DNA of 53,543 nucleotides from Hellea sp. (GTDB taxonomy: Bacteria > Pseudomonadota > Alphaproteobacteria > Caulobacterales > Maricaulaceae), in contig JABGVR010000180.1 of assembly GCA_018645985.1 (NCBI GenBank), positions 1 to 53,543 on the forward strand, written 5' to 3'. The notes under the pieces were generated by a model. The model saw nothing but the letters and a program-made list of their open reading frames with translations, was not told the origin of the DNA and searched no databases. Both the position numbers and the translations under genes were made by a program. Shown here one piece after another: positions 32,399 through 40,684 of the stretch; within the stretch, counting starts at the first letter, position 1, and each line of letters opens with the position of its first letter.

Positions 32399-33373
32399 TT
32401 AATTCGGCTTTTCAATACTTGGGTTAATTGGTCTAATGACATTTGGCCCTTGGAATGCATAATATCTGGATACCTCATAGCCTTGCTTCCTAAGCATTTC
32501 TATGAGGCTGTCTTCTCCTAGCAAATGACTAATCCCCACCGCAGCAAAACCCGTTCCGCTACCTTCTATAAAAAATATAAGCTTATCTAACCATTTTTTA
32601 TTTCTTTCCAAAATTAGGCTATTATAAAATTCTGGGGATTTATATTTCATCGTTTCAACTAACTCGCGAGATAAATAATCCGTTCTTCCTAAAGCCCACG
32701 ACTTGGCGATACTATTAAGATCATCACCAAGACTATTAAAGCCCTCAAGGCTTTCAGTAAGTATTGAAATTTGGGTAGAATGAGAGAGATTAACTGAGGC
32801 AAGAATTTGCTCCTCGACAGTTTCTAAATATATAATATTTTTTTTATCTCTCATAGCTCGTGACTTTAAGGCCTCATCAGCAGAGAGTTCTGATGATAAG
32901 TCGGCACTTTTAGCCGCTGCCATAGTAATGAATTCACTAGCAAACCACGGCTTAAAACTATCCAATGCAGCAATACTCAAATTACCATTGTGTGCAACCG
33001 CCTCTAATAATTTTAACTGATAATTATCAAGCCCATCAGACAGCCTGAGTCCATCCTGCCGCATACCAAGGCTCGTTGCTAAAATATTTGCTGCAACCTT
33101 CTCATCTGTTGCGGAATTAACTTCAAAAAATATAGTACCTGAGGATGAAAAAGCTTTTTTCATATCATTTTTTTGCCAATTCAGGTCAGGCGGTAAAAGG
33201 TGAACAGTGCCGTATAAGTAAAGCACCGTATCGCTGTCCTTAAGGACCCAGATAGCCGGACCATCATTGCGATCGCGAGCAAGCTCAACTTGCGAATTAA
33301 TATCGGAGGAAATTGTTGAACTGTCACAGCTAATGAGCCAAACAGTAAACATTATGATAATAAATCGAAACAT
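32399..33373 (-). CDS. TraB/GumN family lipoprotein
   Basis: PAIW, YLYGTVH, LET..EQ, RN..W, AVG..HL. Confidence 0.9.
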   Translation of the reverse strand: MFRFIIIMFTVWLISCDSSTISSDINSQVELARDRNDGPAIWVLKDSDTVLYLYGTVHLLPPDLNWQKNDMKKAFSSSGTIFFEVNSATDEKVAANILATSLGMRQDGLRLSDGLDNYQLKLLEAVAHNGNLSIAALDSFKPWFASEFITMAAAKSADLSSELSADEALKSRAMRDKKNIIYLETVEEQILASVNLSHSTQISILTESLEGFNSLGDDLNSIAKSWALGRTDYLSRELVETMKYKSPEFYNSLILERNKKWLDKLIFFIEGSGTGFAAVGISHLLGEDSLIEMLRKQGYEVSRYYAFQGPNVIRPINPSIEKPN

Positions 33374-33427
33374 ATTTTATTATTGAACTCACCTATAAAT
33401 ATATTCAATAGTTCTTTTTATGAATAC

Positions 33428-35410
33428 TTATTGGATGTTTTTGGTGTCTAATTCAGGAATGTACTCATAAAATTCAGATCCTGCTAATTCCGAGAGATTG
33501 CACCAACTTGAGGTAGCAAAAAAAACTCTACCCCTTAAGACTTCAGCACTGCGAATTCCATTGGCGCAAGGGTTGCCAAAACCATTACTTGTTAGAACAC
33601 GAGGTGGACCATACCCCTCAAAAACTACAAGATCACCACCTGGAATAAAATCTTTACCATTTCCATTCTTCTCCATTTGTTTTCTCATATGCCTATGTAG
33701 CACATGTGTTAGGCTATTATTCTTCTTATTTTCCCAACCAATAATTGGTATAGAAAGTCCTGGAATTATTAATAGTCTATTTGCATTTGCTTTTTCGAGT
33801 AAATCATGAGTCCCTGAAAATGCATCAAAGAAACCCCAAAATAAACTTCCATTATGATTTAGTGATGTCCACGAGTAAATATTTCCTGGATTACCCATGC
33901 CAGCATCGCCAAATAAAGGAATCTGCTTAAGGTTATTTGGTACGCTTCCCCATTGCCCGTCATCATTAACAACATTGAAATTTTCATATCCATATAGTAA
34001 TTCCGGGTCTTTAGCTCCTTTACTAATCTGATCCAGGTCAGTTAGTTTCATCCTAAAAATGGAGCTAGCCCTCCATTGGTTGATTGTGAATACTTCATGC
34101 TTTTTATTTGTAGATGTCAGTTTTTTAAAAAGCTTTTTATCTGCTTTTTTAAAATGTTCATATCCTGAAGCAGTCCCTTGATGGTAGGTTCCAAAATAAA
34201 TGTACCCATTAAAAATATTAGTTGTGCCCCACTTTGAACCCCAGCGACCCCTAGTATCTGGATCATACTGTTCCATTCCAAAAATAACTTTAAATTTCAT
34301 ATGATTGTTTTTTGTCCACCCCCCCAGAGGTAAGGGATCTGATAAGAGCATTTTAGATTCCTCACGAGTAGGGTCAAGATCACTTGTATCGTTATTATAT
34401 AATAGAGGGTGTGCCGCTGATGACATTATAAGTCTTTGACTGCCATCATAATGCTTGAACTGTTTTAAATCACCGATCATTCCGTGCCGGCCATCAAGCT
34501 TTTCAGAAGAAACTATATCCCAACCTGCCCCGGTTCCATCTTCAGTCTGTAGGTAGTTACCACCTTTAAAGGGGTTATCTTGACTTCCAATCCAGCGCAG
34601 CATCACGGTAGGGCCTTGACCGTTTTGCAGCATGCCTGTTTCAGCTCCAACTATAGTATAAAATCCAATTTGACCCGCTGCATCTTTAATGGCTACAAAG
34701 CGGCGGATTGTGTCGCCTTTAATATCTCGGTAACCCAAAAAGGACCTTTTCTTAGCATTAAAAGCAAATATTCTGAGCCACCCTTCTGATTTAGCATGTT
34801 TATGATGCCCTACAAAAAATACAATATCGCCAATTGTTCCTGCAGCCCTTAGTCCCATTACTGAACGGCGCGACATTTCTTTATGACGTTTCATTGCAAG
34901 GTGAAATCTTTCTCCTCCATCTAGTAACCAATCTTTATTGACTAACTCTTGTTGGCCTGTCTCAAAATTATAAACAATAATTTGGGAAAGACTTGAAAGT
35001 GTATCTTGAATTGAACACCCGGTATATTGGCTTTGATAAGTGCTCAAAGAAAGAGGCCATTTAAGATTTACGGATGGCCAGACACACCACCCTTGAGAAA
35101 TTGTACCCATCCATAATTCATTACCATGGATCGTTGTTGACCATGGATAAGATGCGCCCCTCTTCGCTTGGTGACCATTGAGGATGCGGTTGTCCCATTT
35201 TCTAGAGTTGTTATTTAAATTCTTACTACTAGTTACAGATTTAAACGAACCATCAATACTGCTGGTGGCAACTAACTTAAAAGGTCCATCAACTGCTTTT
35301 CGAACAACCGGCTTAAATTTAAGGTTGCCAATAAATAAATTCGAAAAGGCAACAAAAAGCAGACCAAAGAGTAAAGAAATCAGAACAAATACTCTTCGCC
35401 TTTTAATCAT
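33428..35410 (-). CDS. Hypothetical membrane-anchored protein, probably beta-propeller
   Basis: 660-aa ORF, N-terminal basic plus TM segment, repeated W/R-x5-G-x-phi-phi-phi-GT motifs. Confidence 0.7.
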   Translation of the reverse strand: MIKRRRVFVLISLLFGLLFVAFSNLFIGNLKFKPVVRKAVDGPFKLVATSSIDGSFKSVTSSKNLNNNSRKWDNRILNGHQAKRGASYPWSTTIHGNELWMGTISQGWCVWPSVNLKWPLSLSTYQSQYTGCSIQDTLSSLSQIIVYNFETGQQELVNKDWLLDGGERFHLAMKRHKEMSRRSVMGLRAAGTIGDIVFFVGHHKHAKSEGWLRIFAFNAKKRSFLGYRDIKGDTIRRFVAIKDAAGQIGFYTIVGAETGMLQNGQGPTVMLRWIGSQDNPFKGGNYLQTEDGTGAGWDIVSSEKLDGRHGMIGDLKQFKHYDGSQRLIMSSAAHPLLYNNDTSDLDPTREESKMLLSDPLPLGGWTKNNHMKFKVIFGMEQYDPDTRGRWGSKWGTTNIFNGYIYFGTYHQGTASGYEHFKKADKKLFKKLTSTNKKHEVFTINQWRASSIFRMKLTDLDQISKGAKDPELLYGYENFNVVNDDGQWGSVPNNLKQIPLFGDAGMGNPGNIYSWTSLNHNGSLFWGFFDAFSGTHDLLEKANANRLLIIPGLSIPIIGWENKKNNSLTHVLHRHMRKQMEKNGNGKDFIPGGDLVVFEGYGPPRVLTSNGFGNPCANGIRSAEVLRGRVFFATSSWCNLSELAGSEFYEYIPELDTKNIQ

Positions 35411-35500
35411 TGTGAATTCCTGTTTTGCTATTAATATTAAAATATATCACTTTGAATAGAAGCGCTATGAATAATAACTATTAAAGATGAGGAGTCTAAT

Positions 35501-35884
35501 GTGAAGATAATGAAAATTTATTTCATCATAATGGTAGCTGTTTGGTTACCATGGGGAATACAATGCATTTTTAATATATCAAATATAACTGAAATTATTG
35601 GGGTTAGTGCACTAAACCCCAACGGGGCAACTGATATTCGAGTAATGTACGGGGGCGTTCAAACAGGTTTAGGTTTGATGGCACTTATTGCTTTCTTTAA
35701 ACCATCTCTAGGCAAATACACACTTTTCTCTCTAGCAATGCTTGGCTCATGCATGGCCCTTACAAGAAGTTATGGAGTTGTAGTAGACGGTAGTACATCA
35801 TTATTTAATCTAAGTGTTTTAGCCTTTGAGAGCTTTACTGGAATTTCTTCAGGTTTTTTACTAACGAGAGATAAGCTGAAATAA
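35501..35884 (+). CDS. DUF4345-like membrane protein; likely start 35510
   Basis: DIRVMYGG...GLG, R.YG...DG; four TMs. Confidence 0.7.
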   Translation: MKIMKIYFIIMVAVWLPWGIQCIFNISNITEIIGVSALNPNGATDIRVMYGGVQTGLGLMALIAFFKPSLGKYTLFSLAMLGSCMALTRSYGVVVDGSTSLFNLSVLAFESFTGISSGFLLTRDKLK

Positions 35885-35916
35885 TATTATAAAAATAAAC
35901 CTAGATTTATAAAAAA

Positions 35917-36243
35917 ATGATGATAAGTAGCTTTATGTTTAGAACGAAGTTTCATAAGATTTTGGTTAGCTTATTAGCTGTCCTTTTTCTATGCCTCCAG
36001 ACGACTAGCGTTGTACATAGCGCCGAATTAGAAGGTGATACAGACCATATAGAATGTTCTGTATGTCATTTGGTGTCTGAAAAATCTGACTCTAAAATAA
36101 CTCAATCATACTTTAATGATGGTTTTGATAACTCTATTGAACTTAAAAAGGATACTTTTGCATCCATCTCTGACACTTGGATAATTAAAGAAACAGAAGT
36201 TCGAGGCCCACCTCCAAGAGCGCCGCCGACTACTCTCATATAA
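35917..36243 (+). CDS. Exported leader protein with CxxC and C-terminal RGPPPRAPP (CruR/CutF, DUF2946-like putative arrest peptide); start may be 35935
   Basis: Signal peptide, HIECSVCH, RGPPPRAPP at 36202-36228, directly upstream of a TonB-dependent receptor. Confidence 0.8.
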   Translation: MMISSFMFRTKFHKILVSLLAVLFLCLQTTSVVHSAELEGDTDHIECSVCHLVSEKSDSKITQSYFNDGFDNSIELKKDTFASISDTWIIKETEVRGPPPRAPPTTLI

Positions 36244-36289
36244 ATTAAAACAACTTTCCGCTGCTTTTGCAGTAATTTATTATATGAGA
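36234..36289 (+). promoter_or_regulatory. RBS-sequestering mRNA hairpin between leader ORF and receptor
   Basis: TCTCATATAA (36234-36243) is the exact reverse complement of TTATATGAGA (36280-36289); inner CTGC-tttt-GCAG hairpin. Confidence 0.7.
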
Positions 36290-38431
36290 ACAACTATGTC
36301 TTTTTCAAACTCTACATCAAAGATAGCATTAGCTACTCTTTTATTATCCTTGCCTTTTTCGGCACAATCTCAAACTACTGATAATAACGATGAAATCGTT
36401 ATTACAAGCGCACGTATTCTGGGCGGTTCGCCTGATGATGCAATAACAGGTATCACTATTTTAACAGGTGATACACTGGATAACCGCTTAGCTTCAACCA
36501 TTGGTGAGACACTAAAATATGAACCCGGTGTTTCCTCTTCTTTCTTTGGTGCGGGTGCATCACGCCCAATCATAAGGGGCCAAAGCGGTAACCGCGTACG
36601 TGTTCTAGTCAATGGCATTGGTACAATTGACGCTGCTGCAGCCTCACCAGATCATGCCGACGCAGTACAACCAGCACAAGCTGAAATAATTGAAGTCCTA
36701 AAAGGCCCAGCTATGCTGCGGTTTGGCTCATCTGGGTCAGGAGGTGTTATAAATGTTATTGATGGTCGTATTCCAAGTGAAATTCCTGAAAGCACTGAAG
36801 CATCAGCGCGAGTTGGGTTTAGTTCAGTTGATTCAGGTAAAGAGGCCGCAGCATCTATTAAACAGAATCTTGGCAATAACTTAGTGTTACATTTAGATGG
36901 CACATGGAAAGAGAGTAAAGATTATAGAATTCCAGGTTTCGCTGAAAGTGAGATTTTCCATGAAAGTGAAGAAGATCATGACGAAGATCATGATGAGGAT
37001 CATGACGAAGATCATGATGAAGATCATGACGAAGATCATGGTGAAGAACGCGAAGGAGAAATGAGAGACCGACTTGAAAACTCATTTACAAAAACTGCTT
37101 CTTTAACAGGGGGTTTATCTTACATATCCGATAAAGGCTTTATAGGCATATCAGTTCACCAACTTGATAGTGAATATGGTATACCAGGTGGCCATGAACA
37201 TGGTCATCATGAAGATGACGATGAAGATCATGATGAAGATCACGATGAAGATCATGATGAAGAGGAAGAACTAGTTTCTATTGACCTTAAGCAAACACGC
37301 ATTGATCTAAATGCAGTAAGGGAGCTTGGTGGATACTTCGAGAGGGTGCAATTGTTTGCAGGATATGCAGATTATGAACACACGGAGCTTGAAGGTGATG
37401 AGGTTGGTACCGTTTTTGCTAATGAGGGACTGGAAGCACGTCTTGAGTTAGTTCAAACAGAAGAAAATGGTCGTAAAGGCGCAACTGGAGTCCATATTCG
37501 AAAAAGCGATTTCAGCGCAATAGGAGCAGAAGCATTCGTACCTCAAACTGATACACGTGAAATTGCTATCTACACATTCCAAGAGCAATCCTATGATAAT
37601 TTACATATCAGAGGCGCTATGCGTTATGAAAATAATCGAATTGTGTCAGAAGCATTAAACCAGAAAAAATCTTATGGCTTATTTAGTGTTTCCGCAGGCA
37701 GTGATTATCATTTTAACAGCCAAAATAGATTAGGGTTAACTGCCTTTAGAACAGAAAGGTCACCTACAAGTGAAGAATTATATTCCAACGGTCCTCATTT
37801 AGCTACTGATACTTATGATGTTGGCAATGCCAATTTAGACAAAGAAACAGCACTGGGTGTTGAATTAGCATACCGTTTTAAGTCTGATAATTACTTCTTA
37901 ACTGCAAATGCATTCATCACAGATTATCAGGATTATATCTACAAGGAAATGATTACTGATCAGATGATCGATGGTCTTGATGTATATAACATGTTAAGCT
38001 CCGATGCAGTTTTCAAAGGCGGAGAGATACAGGGTGCATATACATTTGAGGACATTAACAATGTTTCCATATCAATTGATGGGCTCCTTGAATATGTACG
38101 CGCTAAAACAACAGCTGGAAACCTGCCGCGAATAGCTCCACTATCAGTCCTAGTCGGAGCAGATGCTGAATGGAAGAATATACAATTCCGTACCGAATTA
38201 GATTATTCAGCTAAACAAAATGAATTATCTTCTTATGAGCTACCGACAGAGAGCTTTGCTCAAGTAAATGCATTTTTAACTTGGACCCCTGAAGTTAATC
38301 AAAATATTAAATTTAAGCTTTCAGCTCTAAATTTATTTGATGAAGAGGCCAGACAGCATTCATCCTATCTCAAAGATGTAGTGCCGTTACCGGGAAGAAA
38401 TTTCCGCTTCTCCATTAAAGCGGCATTTTAA
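36284..38431 (+). CDS. ZnuD-like TonB-dependent metal receptor with His/Asp-rich loops; likely start 36296
   Basis: TIGETL...PGV, FGAGASRPIIRG, SPDHA, YGIPG.H, LYSNGPHLAT, PLPGRNF, C-terminal F. Confidence 0.88.
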   Translation: MRTTMSFSNSTSKIALATLLLSLPFSAQSQTTDNNDEIVITSARILGGSPDDAITGITILTGDTLDNRLASTIGETLKYEPGVSSSFFGAGASRPIIRGQSGNRVRVLVNGIGTIDAAAASPDHADAVQPAQAEIIEVLKGPAMLRFGSSGSGGVINVIDGRIPSEIPESTEASARVGFSSVDSGKEAAASIKQNLGNNLVLHLDGTWKESKDYRIPGFAESEIFHESEEDHDEDHDEDHDEDHDEDHDEDHGEEREGEMRDRLENSFTKTASLTGGLSYISDKGFIGISVHQLDSEYGIPGGHEHGHHEDDDEDHDEDHDEDHDEEEELVSIDLKQTRIDLNAVRELGGYFERVQLFAGYADYEHTELEGDEVGTVFANEGLEARLELVQTEENGRKGATGVHIRKSDFSAIGAEAFVPQTDTREIAIYTFQEQSYDNLHIRGAMRYENNRIVSEALNQKKSYGLFSVSAGSDYHFNSQNRLGLTAFRTERSPTSEELYSNGPHLATDTYDVGNANLDKETALGVELAYRFKSDNYFLTANAFITDYQDYIYKEMITDQMIDGLDVYNMLSSDAVFKGGEIQGAYTFEDINNVSISIDGLLEYVRAKTTAGNLPRIAPLSVLVGADAEWKNIQFRTELDYSAKQNELSSYELPTESFAQVNAFLTWTPEVNQNIKFKLSALNLFDEEARQHSSYLKDVVPLPGRNFRFSIKAAF
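36971..37042 (+). repeat. 12-bp coding tandem repeat x6 (EDHD)
   Basis: GA(A/G)GATCATGA(C/T) x5 plus GAAGATCATGGT. Confidence 0.95.
37193..37270 (+). repeat. Second His/Asp/Glu low-complexity tract with three EDHD units
   Basis: Encodes HEHGHHEDDDEDHDEDHDEDHDEEEE. Confidence 0.9.
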
Positions 38432-38439
38432 GAAAATAA

Positions 38440-38480
38440 TTTTATCCCCGTGTAAAATGGATATTTGCACGGGGATAAAA
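38440..38480. repeat. 17-bp intergenic inverted repeat (stem-loop)
   Basis: TTTTATCCCCGTGTAAA / TTTGCACGGGGATAAAA; no U-tract directly after the GC core. Confidence 0.8.
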
Positions 38481-38504
38481 AAATAGTAGGCTATAGAGGC
38501 TATC

Positions 38505-38906
38505 ATGATAAAGACACAATTAACATCCGACAAAGTAGCCATTAGTCTATCATTGGTTTGCGTGCTGCACTGCTTTTTTGTACCTTCTTTTATTATTTTA
38601 ACTCCAAGTTTTATGTCTTTTTCATTAGGGAACGAGTTCATACACAAACTGATCGTTATAGTTGCAGTTCCTGTAAGTTCGTATGCTTTAGTATTGGGGT
38701 ATAAAAACCACAAGACAGCTTCATATCTTCCCGCTGGTATTTTGGGGTTATTGGCAATTATTTTTGCTGTAGTCTTAGGGGAAGAAATTTTAGGTGAGAC
38801 TATAGAGAAAGGCTTAACTTTAACGGGGTCAATATTAATAGCTTTGGCCCACTATAAAAATTATCAGATTTGTAAGCAATTAAATTGCTCATGTCACGAG
38901 GACTAA
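38505..38906 (+). CDS. MerC-domain membrane protein
   Basis: DK.AI.LS..CVLHC...P, E..H, GY..H, AH..N, C-terminal CSCHED. Confidence 0.85.
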   Translation: MIKTQLTSDKVAISLSLVCVLHCFFVPSFIILTPSFMSFSLGNEFIHKLIVIVAVPVSSYALVLGYKNHKTASYLPAGILGLLAIIFAVVLGEEILGETIEKGLTLTGSILIALAHYKNYQICKQLNCSCHED

Positions 38907-38930
38907 AAAACTATCCTCCGAGTGATTAAT

Positions 38931-39971
38931 CTACCACTCACGTATTATCTTTTGTACAAATTTTCCAGAAGAAGTTAAATCTTGTGGTCTCCATGGTCCA
39001 CTAGAGTCAGCTCCTTTTGTCAAGATAGAGGCTGCCTCATTTTTATCGCTTACTGCCCAGTTTAAATGAGTTAGATTATTTTTCCTAATAAAGCGTAACC
39101 ACTCAAGCGTTGACTCCTCATCCATAAAACCATCTCCATCAGAAGATACTGTACCCCACTCTGATATAATAAGAGGTAGTCCTTTACTTATCGCGTATTC
39201 TGCTTTTTCGCGAAGTTCGTTTTTATGGGAGGCTGCATAAAAGTGCAAAGCGTATAGTAAATTATGCTGGTCAAGTATGGGGTTGTCAGCAGCAAGATCA
39301 ACATCTTGGCTCCAACTTGGAGTCCCGACAATTATCAAATTATTAGGGTCTATTTTGCGGATGGCATTAATAATAGTCTCAGAGTAGGGCTTAACTATTA
39401 ATTCCCATGAAATATCATTCAAAGGCTCATTATAAATCTCATATATGAGATTGGGTGTGTTCCCATACCTTTCTGCTATGAAAGTAAAAAACTCTATAGC
39501 TGCGTCTAAATTTTGTTCTGCTTGGTGCGAATGCCAATCGACTATGACATAAATTTCATTAGCTATTGCCGCATCGATTACGCTAGTTACTCGGTCAAGA
39601 TTAGCTTTTCTTTTCTCTAAATAGCTACCAGTGCCCTGCGCCCCCATTGCAATACGAATTATGCCCGCCTTCCAATCTTTTGCAAACGAAGCAATAGCTT
39701 CTGAATTATAAAATCGTTCTTGCCCCCACCCCGTGTTAGACCAAAATAAACTTACTCCTGCCAAAGATATGACTTCTTTTTTAACATCACGAATAAATGT
39801 ACCATCAACGGATAGCTGTCCATGGTGGGCAACTGGAGAAGTTTTTTGGGATTTAAAAGATGCTTTTAAGTGATGTGAATTAATGTCTTTAGCATAAGAA
39901 AAGCTGGCAGATGCAGCTATCATAATTACATATATTATAAAAAGCTGCATTCGCATTTTAAGCTCTGACAT
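38931..39971 (-). CDS. Secreted glycoside hydrolase family 5 endoglucanase (no CBM)
   Basis: HGQLSV.G, SLFWSN.GW, IVDWH, YEIYNEP, LHFYA, ISEWG, NWAVSDK. Confidence 0.93.
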   Translation of the reverse strand: MSELKMRMQLFIIYVIMIAASASFSYAKDINSHHLKASFKSQKTSPVAHHGQLSVDGTFIRDVKKEVISLAGVSLFWSNTGWGQERFYNSEAIASFAKDWKAGIIRIAMGAQGTGSYLEKRKANLDRVTSVIDAAIANEIYVIVDWHSHQAEQNLDAAIEFFTFIAERYGNTPNLIYEIYNEPLNDISWELIVKPYSETIINAIRKIDPNNLIIVGTPSWSQDVDLAADNPILDQHNLLYALHFYAASHKNELREKAEYAISKGLPLIISEWGTVSSDGDGFMDEESTLEWLRFIRKNNLTHLNWAVSDKNEAASILTKGADSSGPWRPQDLTSSGKFVQKIIREW

Positions 39972-40010
39972 ATATATTTATACGGCCTATATTCTAAGCT
40001 TAGGTGAAGA

Positions 40011-40517
40011 TTATTCTGTAGAAACTTTTTTTGCACTTTTCATCATGAAATGTGTATCATCAAAAACCTGAAACTTTATATACTTACCATTTTCAATAAC
40101 TGCCACATGCAGAGAATCGCTTACTTCACCGCCTGTTGTCATTTTAGTTCTTATAAAGACGGTATTACCAGAAGCATGATAAGAAATAGGCTCAACCTTA
40201 AAATCTGGCCAATATTCCGCTATTGGTGCAAATACATTTTTTATAACATCTTCTGGGCCTATATATGTGCCGCCATAAGGGAAGCCTTTAGGCATAGTCC
40301 ATACTGCATCATCAGCTTGTGTGAGCGCCCACGCCTCCATATCATTTACTTTAAAAGCATCATACCCTAACTTTGCGAAAGCAATTAAATTTTCACTACT
40401 TACCACATCAGGTGTACTCACTGAATCTTGTGCTGTCTGGTTAGAATTAACGGAACACCCCATAAGAACCATTCCCGCAAATGTTAAAGCAGTAAACTTA
40501 ACTATACTATTAATCAT
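40011..40517 (-). CDS. NTF2/SnoaL-like lipoprotein
   Basis: Lipobox LMGC; YDAF...D, D.VW, GFPYGGTY.G, F...DT; GGAGG upstream of ATG 40517. Confidence 0.8.
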   Translation of the reverse strand: MINSIVKFTALTFAGMVLMGCSVNSNQTAQDSVSTPDVVSSENLIAFAKLGYDAFKVNDMEAWALTQADDAVWTMPKGFPYGGTYIGPEDVIKNVFAPIAEYWPDFKVEPISYHASGNTVFIRTKMTTGGEVSDSLHVAVIENGKYIKFQVFDDTHFMMKSAKKVSTE

Positions 40518-40684
40518 AATTTCCTCCAAAAATTAAACTAGCCCTTACCTCAATACATTAAAAGAACTCTTATTGCAAAGCATTAAATGAGAACCATTCG
40601 CAAAGTAATTGACAATTTATCTTAACTATACTTAAATATGGTATGAGAATTTACTCATTATATTCTTAAGTTTAGGAGAAAATT

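Noticed and set aside
35881-35893. ATAATATTATAAA as a Zur box upstream of the leader ORF
   Set aside because: It fits only the AT core of Zur-type palindromes and lacks the flanking G/C, so it cannot be separated from AT-rich background without a PWM scan.
36971-37270. Short regular repeats as a possible CRISPR array
   Set aside because: They are contiguous in-frame 12-bp coding units with no spacers, and no cas genes are present.
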